This document shows positions 24,545-37,600 of a stretch of DNA of 64,000 bases, one piece after another. Numbering within the stretch: the first letter of the stretch is position 1; each line of letters opens with the position of its first letter. Both the position numbers and the translations under genes were made by a program. Below the pieces are notes generated by a model. That model saw only the letters and a list, made by a program, of their open reading frames with translations. It made no database searches and was not told where the DNA came from. Source of the DNA: Phaeosaccion multiseriatum (lineage: Eukaryota > Protista > Ochrophyta, other classes); assembly GCA_965112735.1 (NCBI GenBank), contig OZ218957.1:1984001-2048000 (forward strand). Direction: 5' to 3'.

Positions 24545-25724
24545 TATGAACTAGTCGCTGTATCACTGGGTGTGGCGGTGTGTGGTTGTTGAAAGCACGC
24601 AACCGCTCCATCCATCGAGCGAACGTCTTGGGAGCTTAGACCCTTGAACCCTTGGATGGCAATCGAGCCCCACGCACACCTGCTCAAGACGAGACAAAGC
24701 CGACAGACCCACAGTATGGCATCAGCCCCCCACCATCAACCAACCGGGTGGCGCCAGGGGAAGCAAAGGCACTGAGGCGTTTGGATTACGCCCGCCTCTC
24801 CCAACAGCTCGGGTGTTCCACTTGGGGCATCCAAGTGAGTGAGTGAGTGAGTGAGTGAGTGAGCGCTCGGGTCGCTTGTATGCGGGGGGAGCTACTCTCT
24901 CGGAGGTGGCTCTGGCGTCCGGCATGCCCCCCTTCCCGTCCCCCCTCGGCGGCTGCACCTACACTTTGCTGGGTACGGCCGTCTTGCCTATTTGATCTCA
25001 CGCGCCGGCACCTGGAACAAAAGCATGTATGAACGTGGGGCACGAAGCTCTCAGCGCTCTCAGCACGCAGCCTATAACCAAGCGACCGAGCACAGGGGGC
25101 TCATCGAGACTTGTACGGTTACATCCATGATGATCGATGTTCGCGCTTTGTTAGTGGCCGGTCCTTCATCCTCCAGGAGGGTGCATGCAGAGACGCCAAA
25201 GTCCACACCACCGAGCGGTGGTCTCTTGGCTGCCTCACTGGAAGCTCCCTCGCTTGGGTACCCCTACACACCCACTCAAGGGAGTGGGGAACTCGCTCGT
25301 CATTTCGCATCGAAAGGAGGAGGAGGAGGATGAGGATGAGCAACACCTACCATAGAAGGAGTTAGGCAAGCAGCAGTATAGCGTCGGCCAGAGAGTTAAG
25401 AAGGAATCGACAAGGGAACGGAGCTCTTTGGAGCATGTCCTGTGAAATCTTTCTTTACTAGTAGAACATGAGGGGCAAAAAAGTAGACAGAGAGAGCGAT
25501 TGAAATAGAATGCTCTATTAGGTAGAAATGATTAAAGAGTAACCATTGTATGGCTTGAAATAGCCAAACAAGCTTTGTGCCTTTGGCACGGCGTTTCCGT
25601 GTACCGAGTGCCTCCCCTACTGTCCATGCTTTGCTCCGCACTCACAAGCCAAGGCCTCTCCTTTTGTCCCTTGGCAGGCAAAGGTGGGCTAAGCAGAACT
25701 TAAGAAGTAGTAGTAAGTACGGGT

Positions 25725-27202
25725 TTATATGTTGCTTACGTCCACGAGCCCCTCCCTCCCCTTCCCTGTTTGGACTTGGGCTCTGCTGCTGTACTTGGCG
25801 CCTACACCCCCCCGAGGGGGTCTCCCCGCCGCCGCCGCACCAGACGCCTTCTTGCTCTGCCCCCCCCTCCTCCTCCTGTTCTCAACTTGCTCCTCCTCTT
25901 CCTCAAATTCGCTGTCGCCACTCCTCTCTGAAGAATCACCAGATGCCTCTTCTTCTTCATCATCCTCAGAGGCCCCGGACGAGCTGCTGCTCTCCTCCTC
26001 TTCCTGCTGCTCCGGGACGACTTGTTTCTTCTTCCGCTGCTTGGGTGCTTCTTCTTCCTCCTCCTCCTCCTCCTCCTCCTCCTCGCTGGAATAGCTCTCC
26101 TCCCCCGCCCCCCCCTCCTCGTCCTCCTCGTCCTCCTCCTCCTCGTCCTCCTCCTCCTCAGAGCTCTCTTCGATCACAACCTTGCGTCTGCGGCCACCGG
26201 CAGCCTGCCTCATGACGCCCTCCTCCTCTTCATCTTCTCCGCTAGAGTCGCCCCCGTCAGCTCCGTCCACAACCTCTTCCTCTTCTTCCTCCTCCTCGTC
26301 ACTCTCCTCCTCCGGAATCACGGGTGACTTCGCCCTCCTTCCTCGGCGTGAAGGTTTCGTAACCACCACCTCCTCCTCATCATCACTGTCCTCCTCCTCC
26401 TCCTCCTCCTCAATCAGGGGCGCCTTCGTCCTCCTTCCTCGGCCCGAAGGTCTCTGAACCACCACTTCCTCATCTTCTTCTTCCTCCTCCTCCTCCTCCT
26501 CCTCCTCCTCCTCCTCCTCCTCGTCGTCGTCGCTCTCCTTCTCCTCAATCACGGGTGCCTTCGTCCTCCTTCCTCGGCCTGAAGGTTTCCTAACCACGGC
26601 CTCTTCCTCTTCATCCTCCTCCTCACTCTCCTCCTCCTCCTCGTCACTCTCGGTCCCCTGCCTCACAGCCTTCGTCTTCTGCGCTGGAGTCTCTTCCTCC
26701 TCACTCCCCTCGTCACTGGAGTCACTCTCTTCAACCTCTTTCATATCCTTAGGCGCTGCTGCTCTCCTCGCTCTATTCCTTCTGCCGGTCACAGCAGCTG
26801 CAGCGGCAGCAGGAGGCGGCGGAGGAGGAGACGCAGCCTTCCTCTCCACTCCGCCGCCCTTTCCCTCCTCAGCCTCTCCTGCCTGCTCGTTCTCGTCCTC
26901 CTCGTCACTGCTACCACCACTCTCTCCATCGCCACCCTCACCACCCCTCTCCACCACCTCACCAAACACCTTGGCGCTCAAGTCTTCCCATTGGGCCTCC
27001 CCCAAGCGCCGGTCGGGCGACTCATCCGCAGCCTCCAACAGGATAACCACCTTGCCCAGCGTGGTCTGCTGCGCTCTCTTACCTCGGTAGCCACGCACCA
27101 CCCTCCCGACGAGCTCGCGCAGCATCTTGACCATGTTTTGGTCCGAGTCGGGAATGGGTGTGGACAGGAGCGCCTTGCACAGCTGGAGAGTGATGGTGGT
27201 GG

Positions 27203-27235
<33 letters not shown>

Positions 27236-29559
27236 CCTTAACGTTGTCGTCGTTGTTGTTATTGTCGTCGTCGCCAGCGCAGAGCAGCAGCTCTTGACAG
27301 AGGCACGAGCTCACATGGCCCAGGCCCACCTCCCTATACCGCTCACCGCGCTCCGCTTCCTCTTGCTCCGTGCTGGTGGTGTCGCTCCCTCCAGAGGGTT
27401 TGCCGTCCGCAGACTTTCGCCTGTCCTTCTTCTCGGCGGCCGTATACTCGTCGTCGGAGTCGCCGTCGGAGTCCGAGTCGCTGTCCACTCCCTCCTTCTC
27501 CCCTGCACCGTCCATGCGGCCAGGGGATGATGCTGCTGCTGCTGCTGCTCCCACTGCTGAGTCATCCAGGGGTTTCCGAGTCAGCATGTAGGTCATGAGC
27601 TTGACAATCTCCCCCACAGGGAGGGCGCTGCGGGCAGCTCCCTCGGAGACGCGCCTGTGTTGGTGATACAGACGGAGGAGGAGGAGGAGGAGGAGGAGGA
27701 GGAGGAGGAGGAGAAGGAGGAGGAGGAGGAGGAGGAGGAGGAGGAGGAGCAGGAGGAGGAGCAGGAGCGCGTGGACGAGTAATGGCAAAGCTGTGGTGTC
27801 ACTTGCGAATGTTTCGACGCGAGAGCAGCGATGCACTCTCCCTATGCACATCGCCTAAAAGGCAGCAGCAGAGCATATCCCTCTTCGGGGGCACATATAC
27901 AGACACACAACACACACATACACACAACACGCATACACATCTGCATTGCTCCCTCGTCTACTCTGCTCCTTGCCATCCCTCCCTCCCTCCCTTGCTCCTC
28001 CTGCCTCACCTCAGCACTTTGGGAAGGGCTGCGCGCAGGGTGGCCTGGTGCTTATCGCCGGCCACGGGAAACGTTTCGAAGAAGAGGGTCAACATCTGCA
28101 GCGAACCGATGGAACGGATAGATGCAGATGGGACGCGACGGCCCATCCGTTGGTGGGAGCGGCGCGTCACGGAACGAATGAAGGAACACGATGGGCGAAT
28201 GGCGGAGAAAGGGTGGAGGGAGGGAGGGAGGGAGGGAGGGAGGGAGGGAGGGGAGAGTATTAGAAATGGTAAGAGTCGCGCGCAGCTGTAGGGGGGGGGG
28301 GGGGGGGGCTCAACTCAACACAAAAGGACGTTACAGATCGACACGAAGCTCATCGCACACCGCCCCCCCATCGACTGCCATCCCCCCCCCCTCACCTGCC
28401 GGAGTCGGACCGGGCTGCCCACGACCTTGTTGTACACATCTTGTCGGAGCAGGGCCTCTGTCTCCGCGTCAGCATCACCCCCCGCCCCACGCCCTCCCTC
28501 CTCGTCCTCCTCCTCCTCCTCGTTATCCTCGGAGGAAGAGGAGACACCACCCTCGGACAGCGCAATGAGCTTGGCCAGGGTGGCAGGGTCGGCAGGCGAG
28601 CCCGCCTTGAAATACATCTCCACGAGAAGGGCAAGCAAGTCGCTGTCGAGCAGCCTGCCCGAGAAGAGCAACTTCGCTGAGCCCTCTGCTGCCACTGCCG
28701 CTAGCACAGGGTGGGTACCCTCCTCCTCCTCCTCCTCCTCCTCCTCCTCCTCCTCTGATTCACTGCTGGCGACGACGCCTTTGCCCGTGACATCGCGTGT
28801 GTCCACCAAGAGAGAGCGGAGGAGGGCGCCAATGTCTCCGCTGGGGCCGATGAAACTCTCTCCGAAGACGAGACACAGGTCGACGAGTGCCTGCGTGCGG
28901 TTTGTGCGTGCGTGCGTACAGCGGGCGCCATTTCAGTCAGCAATGGCACAGCATGACAGGGGATCAGCGGGGGGCGAAGGGGTGATGGGTCAATAAGGCC
29001 GACATGACTGACTGACTGTGGCCCATCGTCTGGGGAATTTCACGCCTCCATTACTCTCAGTCCTTTCACTCCTCCCCCCCCCCCCATTGTGTGATAGCAC
29101 CCCCATCCACTGCCATCTTCCTCCCTCCTCCATCCACTGCCATCTTCCCCATCTTACCTGGACAGCAACCTCCCGAATCTCTCTGTACTCCTCCTTGTTC
29201 CTCGCCACTTGCAGGAGGAGCTCTCGGTGGGCTTGGGCCGCTTCGGTACCCAACAAGGTCCACCTGCCCAGGCACTCGACCCCCAATTGGCGCAAGGGGG
29301 CGTCAGTGCTCTGCACAGCAGGAAGAATGAAGCCCTCGAGATTAGCCAGCACGCCGTCTGCTCGACAAAAGGGGAGGAGGAGGAGGAGGAGGAGGAGGAG
29401 GAGGAGGAGGAGGAGGATGGCAGTGGATGGAAGAGGAAAGGAAGGCAGTCAATGGGGGCCGTGCAGTCGGGGAACTCGGTAAGCTCATCACAAGTACACA
29501 CACAATAACTTCAATAACTTACATAGACAGGCAGACAACCACGGACAGAGACAGCCAGG

Positions 29560-29607
<48 letters not shown>

Positions 29608-32600
29608 CCAGGCAGACAGACAAGCCAGACAGACATACATATAGACAGGCAGACATTCATTCATCGACAGAGTGTGTGTGCCATAAACCTCACCTGCCAG
29701 CGTGCGCGAAGTGCTCTCCAGGAAGAGGTTCAGCACAATGAGGCACTGCTGCTGCCGGAGGAGGCGCTCCACCGCTACCTCTTCGTCCTCCTCTTCTTCT
29801 TCCCCTTGTCCTTCTGGGGCTGGCCTGCCCTCACTCTCATCCTCTTGCTCCTCCGCCTCCGTATCTCGCCTGCTCGAGTCTCTGCTTGGGTCCCCCCCCC
29901 CTGCGATTGGGTCCACGATGTCGTTGAGGATTTGGGCCACCACACGAGTGTAGTCAGATTCAGACGGAGACGCCGCTGCCAACGTCTCCAGCGCCACCTG
30001 AAAGACACACACAGAGAGAGAGACGGAGGGGGGACGGGAGAGAAGAAGAGTGAAGGGGGCGGGGTGATGGAGGAAGAGAGCTTTGAAGGGACTCTGTTGT
30101 GGTAGGATAAGGTGGTGGTGTTGGCACGCAAGAGGCAGGCAGGCAGGTAGGTAGGTAGGTAGGTAGGTAGGTAGATAGGTAGGTGGGTAGGTAGGTAAGT
30201 AGGTAGGAAGAAGAAGGAAGGGAGGTAGGTAGGTAGGTAGGTGGGTAGGTAGGTAGGTAGGTAGGTAGGTAGCTCGCTCTCTATGTTGTCCTCATTCTCT
30301 CGTCCTTTTCCCCTCCAAGAATGAAAGGCTTCCAACGAAAGAAAGCTCAACCTCAAAGCTCCAAGGCTCAAGCTCACACACTCCTTACCTCCAGGAGCTC
30401 TGTGGACACGCAAAGCGAGCAGAGGATTCCGTTGAGCAACGCTGACATGCTCCTCCTCCCCGCCTCCTCGCTAAAGTCCACCCGCTGGGCAAGCTTGAGC
30501 ATCTGCTGCGCCGTAAACACGTCCGCGACGATCTGGTCATCGTCTTCTCCGTCCTCGTCGAGCACCACTTCTCCTCCTCCTCCTCCTCCTCCTCCTCCTC
30601 CTCCTCCTTCGTCTTCTTCTTCTCCTTCCTTGCCATTGTCGATGTCGCTGTCGCGGTCCACTCCGCCACCACCACTGACACAGTTGCTGGTGTTCAGCAC
30701 GCTGCTGCTGTTGACCAGGCGCTCAATGAGAAGGCAGAGCGTGGAGGTGTCGGGCAGCAACTCCTCAAGGAGGGCTTCCCTCTGTGAGGCCGTCAACACT
30801 TGCGCCTCGCACTCCCTCACTAGCTCGGACTGAGACCCAGGCGGGGGAGGGGGGATGGGGTAAGCGGTTGGATCGGTGGGTGGATGGGAATCAAGACTCA
30901 CTTCTTCCCCCTCTCCCCCTCTTCCCGCTTCCTCCCTCCTCCCCTCTCCCCTCCCCTTCTGTCCACCCCATACTTTCGCACCTCGCTTGCCCCCCCCCCC
31001 CCCTCCCTCCCTCCCTCTTTACCTGAATGCGGATGAAGAGAGCAGACTCCGGATTCAGTTCCTCGCTATTGCTCCAATCCACCCTGGTGGCCCATACGCC
31101 TCTAAGTCTCCTGGCGTCCTCCTCCCCCGCCCCAGGCAGCCCTGTGGCCTCTGCTGGGTCGGCCCCTCTCAGACGCGTGGCTTGAAGCCCTGCCTTTAGC
31201 ACCACGGCGAGTGCTTTACTTGCACTCTCTTCAAAGTCCACCACCTCCTGTGAGTGCCATGGAGTACCATCGGATCGGACCGGGCGATCGGGCGATGCCA
31301 ACGTGAAGAAAGGAGCATGTGAGTAAGTACGTGAGTGAGTGAGTGTGAGTGGTCGGTAAGTGAGTAAGTAAGTGCATGGTTGAGGGAGAGGAGCGATCGG
31401 CTCTCCCCATCTTTCTTACCAAATGGGCAAGCAGCCGCAGAACTCGGCCACCGTCATTCTCCCCCGTCGCCTCCTTGCCTCCCTTCTCGTCCTCCTCCTC
31501 CCGTTCGTCCTCCTCCCCTTGCCCCGCCGACTTGAGCCACTGGCGACAGATCATCTCCTTACACGCTGTCACCACCCCCTCCGAGCGATCCTGAAGGCCG
31601 TCCAGCGCCGCCACTCTTTGCACGAGACTCAGCTGCCCTATGGTGACATTGTTGGTGAGCACTTGGAAAGCGGCGCGTCGCACGTTCTCGTGCGTATCCT
31701 TGGTGCGCTGCACGACTGCGGCCACGACGGAAGGCTCCGGCGAAGACGCACAGGAGGAGGAGGAGGAGGAGGAGGAGGAGGGGTTGGCAGTGGGGACAAT
31801 CGAGTGCAGCACCGCAGTACGTCGGACCTCCTGGGCAGGGGGGGAGGAGAGAGTAAGAAGGGTGGGGCGGGTGGGGGGAGTGAGGGAGTGAGGGTGAGGG
31901 AGGGAGTGAGGGAGTGAGGGAGTGAGTGATAGAGTGAGTGAGGGAGGGAGGGAGTGAGTGATAGAGTGAGTGAGGGAGTGAGGGAGTGAGTGATAGAGTG
32001 AGTGAGGGAGTGAGGGAGGGAGGGAGGGAGCTGTGGCACAAGAGGAGGGCTTTATGGATATTGACACAAGACTCCGCGACACAAACCCCAGGCCGGGTGT
32101 GGTGGGTGGGGTGGACTGCACACAAGGAATACCGATGCCACCCTGGCGCATCAGTGCTTATCTGTCCTTTGTGTAGCGTGTATGGTTGTGGTGGTGAGGC
32201 CGCAGGACTTGTGGCCCCCGACGATTCCCCATGCCGCCCCCACATTACATCCCCACCCTCCTACTCACCATGCCGTTGTCCCCCTTCATGAGACGCAGGA
32301 ATTCACTAGAGATGGTTGGCGTCAGATGACCAGAGGGAGACTCCCCCTCCTCCTCATTTCCCTCCCCCCGGCCCCGCTGACGGGCTTCGCTGACTCGCAA
32401 CAGCCCCAGCGCCTGGATGGCTCGGATCCGCACAGTGGCGTCCTTGTCCCTGAGTCTGTGGTAGGCAGACAGGTAGGTAGGCAGGTAGGTAGGTAGGTAG
32501 GTAAGTAGGTGAGTGGGGAGGGAAGAAGAAGGAATGAAGGTAGGCAGGTGGGTTTTTTGGGGGGGGGGGGGGGGAGTTGCGTGCAATGGTGGGGCGGTGT

Positions 32601-33178
32601 GTGGGGGGGGGGCTACCGACTTTGTCAACGTCAGCACACGCCGAAGAATCAAATAGTGATTCACTCATACTACAGGAGCGTCTGCATCTGCTACGTCTGC
32701 TGGTGGTGGTGACGTTTTCCGTCGTCCGAATCGAGATAGGGTGGAGGGGTGGAGGAGGAGGGCGCTTTCCCCCCCTCTACCTGGGCCCTTCTGCCCGCTT
32801 GCCTGTCGGTCTGTCTCTCTTCGCTTCTCTCACCTCGGTAGCAAGTGCTCCCCAATGTACTGCACTTGTTGCTGGGTCAGCCGAGGCGCCCCCCTGCTGC
32901 TGCCACTGCAGCGATTGATGATACACTCCACCAGATGGCACACTCGATAGCGGACAGCCTTATTGGCAGCACCGGCTTTTGGTAGCAGAAAACCGAGAAC
33001 TTCCCCTGGTGGTCACGAGAACCGGGAACCGAAGAGACAAGAGAAGAGAGAAGGGGGATGGCACCGATGTTAAGGGGTGGAGAGGGATATCGGCGGCACC
33101 TTGGGAACTGATTACGGGCTTTGCCAGAGAAGAGCAGGCTGCAAAAAGGTGCAAGAAAAGGCAGCAAAGAAAGGAGCG

Positions 33179-33233
<55 letters not shown>

Positions 33234-33658
33234 TGGGGGGAAGAGGGTGACTTACCCAGTAGGTCCTGGCCGCTTGCTCTCTTGGTAATGGCCAGGTGGG
33301 CTACAAAGAGGGCAAGACGCTCCAGCACGGGCTCATCCCTCTTGCTCTTCTTGCCCTCCAGGAGGATGCGACTGATACACACCATCACCTCCTCCTCCAT
33401 AGCCGCCACCGACTCCAGGTCGTTTTCCCTTTCGAGCCTGCTTAACGTGGACACCAGCTTGGACACACAGCGAGGGTGCACATCCTCTGTGGCCTGTGCT
33501 TCGGTGAAGAGGGCACGAACGACGGCAACGGCAGGCAGCACCTGCTCCTGCTGCTCCTGGTGCTCTTCATCCTCCTCCTCTTTGTGCTGCAGGCGCCGCT
33601 GCCGTGTCCCCTTCCCTCCAGGCGTACTCTTTCCCTTTACCGTCTTCGTCCGAGCCAT
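25725..33658 (-). CDS. NCAPG: Condensin I subunit CAP-G (Ycg1/Cnd3), multi-exon HEAT protein with long acidic tail
   Basis: Spliced motifs: LFTEAQATEDVHPRCVSKL; AANKAVRYRVCHL; RLRDKDATVRIRAIQAL; EVRRTAVL..QRTKDTHENVRRAAF; ILPAVQSTDAPLRQLGVECLG; AAEGSAKLLFSGRL..LLVEMYF; LRQMLTLFFETF. ATG at 33658. Confidence 0.9.
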
Positions 33659-34666
33659 CGTAGCTCCACTGTGGCTCTTTGGCTCGCGCTCCCTCTTGCG
33701 TTCCAAATCCAAACCGCCACTTCATGGAGTGCCATCCAAAGAATTGGGCCAAAATGTGCCCCAAGAGCCATCATCATCACCAGATCGAACCCTGAAGTGC
33801 TAACTCTGCCGCTGGTATGAGCCCGCCTGCAGTGCTACCTACGATGTGCTGCCCGGTGTGACGGTGTCTCGCAACGCCATACAGTCGTATGATCGTGTGT
33901 CACTCGATGGGGCCCACTCTCGACCACTCGATGTCGTATGGTCGAGTATGGGCCTGTGCCTGCTGGCGGCCCAGGGCCCGGTAGCATGGTACACGTCAGT
34001 GGTCGATATTTGAGCGAAGTGAAGCCCGGCCCTCACCCCCTCTTGAAGCGGCTGGGCGCAGGGGCGTTCGCGTAGAAGCGGCTCTAGAACTTCAAAGTCG
34101 ATAAAAGACTCATTGACATGGCCGAAGAGGCCGTTGAGCGGAGGTAATCATCAGGCACGGTATCCCGCCCGATCAAAGGAGGGGAGGCAGGAGGCACAAG
34201 CAATCGGCCGACCCAATTAGCCCTCGGTCGCTGGCCTTTTCCCGCACTGCACGCACCCACGCACGGACGCACGCACGCACACACGCTAACACGAAGACAA
34301 ACGCATCGCTTCGCACCCGGGGCGGTGTCAACATGACGGAGTCAGTGAGGAGGGACTTGTGACCTTAGTCAATTCAGCAAAGAAGGCAACAATATGGAAG
34401 AGGACGTCAGGACGTCAGGACCGACGGCGGGTGTTTCAATTCTGTGTGGGTTGGTGCTCCAATCGCCAACAAGTTCACGAATGCGATGCAGTTGGGGGCG
34501 TGATATTTAGAACGTGCTTTGCGACATGAGTTCTCTTCTCTTCGTATGCTGTCACGCTCGTTAAGAGCACAGAGAGGCGAGGCGTGTTGTAAGAGCAACG
34601 GATGGGGATCAGGACAAGGACCAATTTTAGAAACCTCTCACCGGGGTAAGAAAGAAGGGCAACAAC

Positions 34667-37600
34667 ATGCCTCCTACGCCTCTCTACCACCCCCTGGATC
34701 CCGCGGGGAGATCAGGAAAGGGGAGTGGGCATCTCAATTACTTGAGCAAGCGCCAGGAGCAGGCCCTCCAAAGCCTCAAGAACGCGCTGAAGAAGGGGCT
34801 GGGCAGCCCTTGGCTCCTGCAGGGACCCGGCGAGCAAGAGACCGTGTGCTTGCTCCGCTACCTCAGGGCGACGCAGTTCGACGATAAGAAGGCCCTGGCT
34901 CTCGTGTCCTCCAATCTCAAGTGGCGCGTGGCGCTCGGTGTGGAAGAGCTACGGAAGTTCTCTCCGGGTGAGTGCCGATTGGATTGGTTTTTTTGTTTTT
35001 CTCTCTTGTTCTCATGTTGGTCACTCCCTCCCTCCCTCTCTCTATCTATGTATATACCTCTCTCTCTCCTGTGCGTTAGTGTGTGTTTGTCGTCCACTCG
35101 CCATACCAACAACCGTTCTTCACCTCTTAACCTTTATCGTCGTCCGTCTTTCCATCCCACATCGCACCAATGCCTTCCTCATGCTCATCACCATCCTTCC
35201 CCCCCCCCCGTCTCCGCCTTCCCTGCCCGACCCATGCTCATCTCGCTCATCTCATGCGCCTTACTGGCAGAGGACCTACGTGAATCACACCTCCTTCCCT
35301 CCAACTTCGAGCCGCCCAGTTACCAAGTAGCGGGCGTGGATAAGCAGGTGCGGCAGCAGGCATACAGGCAAATGGTCACAGGCAGGAAGGATGGAAGATA
35401 GCTGGACTTGAATAAGGCCTCTTCCTTCCCCTCTCTCTCTTTCTCTCTTATCCCCTCCCACTCTCCAATCCCCCCCCCCCTCCTCCTCCTCCCCTCCTCC
35501 TCCCTATCCCCCTGTACCACCACCACTTCCAACAGGGCCGTCCGGTGGTGATCTTCGCTCTCAAGCAGCTCCGCAACGTCCTCCAATCATGCCCTAGCGA
35601 GCTTCTCGTCCGCTACTTCGCCTGGGCCATGGAGCGCGTGCTCGGCGAGCTAGCCGCTTGCATGCTTAGCTCCGGCTTCATTGTGGAGCAGCTCACTGTC
35701 GTGTTGGATGGCACCGGATGGGATCTACAGGGGGTGGACGATGATGAAGTCGCCCTGCTCAGAGAAGTGGTGGGGGTGGCGCTGTTGTACTATCCCGAGC
35801 GGTTAGGGCAATTGCTCATCCTCAATGCTCCGCCCATCATGCCCAGCATCCTTGAGGCATTCGGCCTGGGGAACATGCTCGGCAGCAGCAGAGGGCAGCA
35901 GCAGCATCAGCAGCAGCAGCAGCAGCAGCAGTTGGTGATACAGCAGCAGAAGGAGCATGGTATGGGCCAACAAGGACGCAAGATTTTCATTCTCGAGAGC
36001 ACACAAGAATTGCTGTCCTATGTGGATGCAGAGGAGCTACCCGAGGGCTATGGCGGTTCGGAGAGTCGACCGCATCTTTTGAGGACCATGTCTGTGCCAA
36101 CAGTGGTGGAGCGCGAATCGTCGCAGGAAGGAGAAGAGGAGGCAGAGGGAGAGGGAGAGGGAGAGGCAGAGGCGCGATCACAACAATCCACATCCTCCCC
36201 CCCAGCCCAAGCTCAGGGGGCTGACGTGGGATTGAGACGACGGATTGGTGCTTCTGCTTCTTCGACGGTTACATGGACAGAGTCATCCGTTCCCCTGCTC
36301 TCCGGCTACGGCAGAGCTGTAGACGAGGTGTCCGAAGGAGCAGCAGGAGAAGGACGCGGAGGGGGCGGGGGGAGCGGGGAGGAGGGCGGGGTGTGGGTGA
36401 CCACGAGCCATGCCTTCTTCCTGTGCGTCTCTCTTCTCGCGTGTGTGGCCTACAACCCCGTGCTCACTCAGACTCTCCTTCTATTGGCCGCCCTTGCTCT
36501 TGGACTACGGTCCTGGCAAGAGCAGGATCAGCGCGCCAAGACCCCTCTGTCGAGGCTGGTGGAAGATGTGCTGGGCCCGGTGGCAGAGAGGGAGGAGAGA
36601 GTGGCAGAGAGGGAAGAGAGAGAAGGACGAGGGGGGGTCCGAAGGGGCCTTGTAGTTGGGGTTGGGATGCGGCGTTTGGAAGGTCTGCACTCACCACGGA
36701 ATGATGATGCTAGTGGAGGAGGAGGAAGAGGGCAGAGGTCCTTGTCGTGGGCGGACGATGCGAACGACGAGGTGGATGAGACTCGCACGCACCCACACAA
36801 CAGAGACTTGCCTCCTTCTGCCTCCTCTTCCGTGGAGAGGGAGCCGCCCCCTTCCTGGCGGCTTGGCCTCGGCCCCGTGAGAGAGGAGCGGCCGTACTCT
36901 CTTCGGGCGGCCAAGGTAATCATCGAGCAGGTGCTACCTCTTGTGGGGGGGGGTGGCAGGGGAGCGTCTAGCTTCGACTCCTTCCTCTTCGTCGTCAGAA
37001 TCAGCAGCAGCACCGAAGCAGCAACAGCAGCAGTAGTTGGTGATACAGCAGGAGCGGGAGACGGAGGAGGAGGAGGAGATGGTAGTGGAAGGATTGTGAA
37101 GCGGCAGGAGTGGCGTCAGTGGCGGCGCCTGGTGGAGTTTGTGGCTCTGGTGAGAGCGCTCGCCGAGGAGGGCATCGTTTTGGATCAGAGTACACCGCCA
37201 CCATCATCGTCATCGACGTCCTCATCGTCCAGGCGACGCTCGAGTGTCGGTGGCAGCGGCAACGGTGGCAGCGACGCGGGAGGAGGGGAAGGAGGAGGAG
37301 CAGGAGGAGCAGGAGGAGGAGGAGGAGGAGGAGGGGGGGGCACCTGGGATCTTCCTCCGACTCTTTGCACAAAGGCGCTTACCACCAAAATGCAAGCCTG
37401 GCTACAGACCCTGCTGTCACTACCTGCCCCGCACGACGGCAGAGGCAACAGAGGTAGCCTTGGCAAGGGGGGGGGAGGGGGGTCGGCTAAACCCACACCA
37501 CGAACAAACGAGTTAAGCTTGGGGTACTGGGATCACCCCCTAGTCCGCGAGTTTCTCGGAGCGTCTCCTGTGGTTGTGTCCCAAGTCGACGTTACAGCCT

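Noticed and set aside
33820-34660. Possible ncRNA or small gene between CAP-G and the CRAL-TRIO gene (also 24550-25700)
   Set aside because: No tRNA, snRNA or snoRNA signature or credible ORF recognised by eye; an Rfam/tRNAscan search would be needed.
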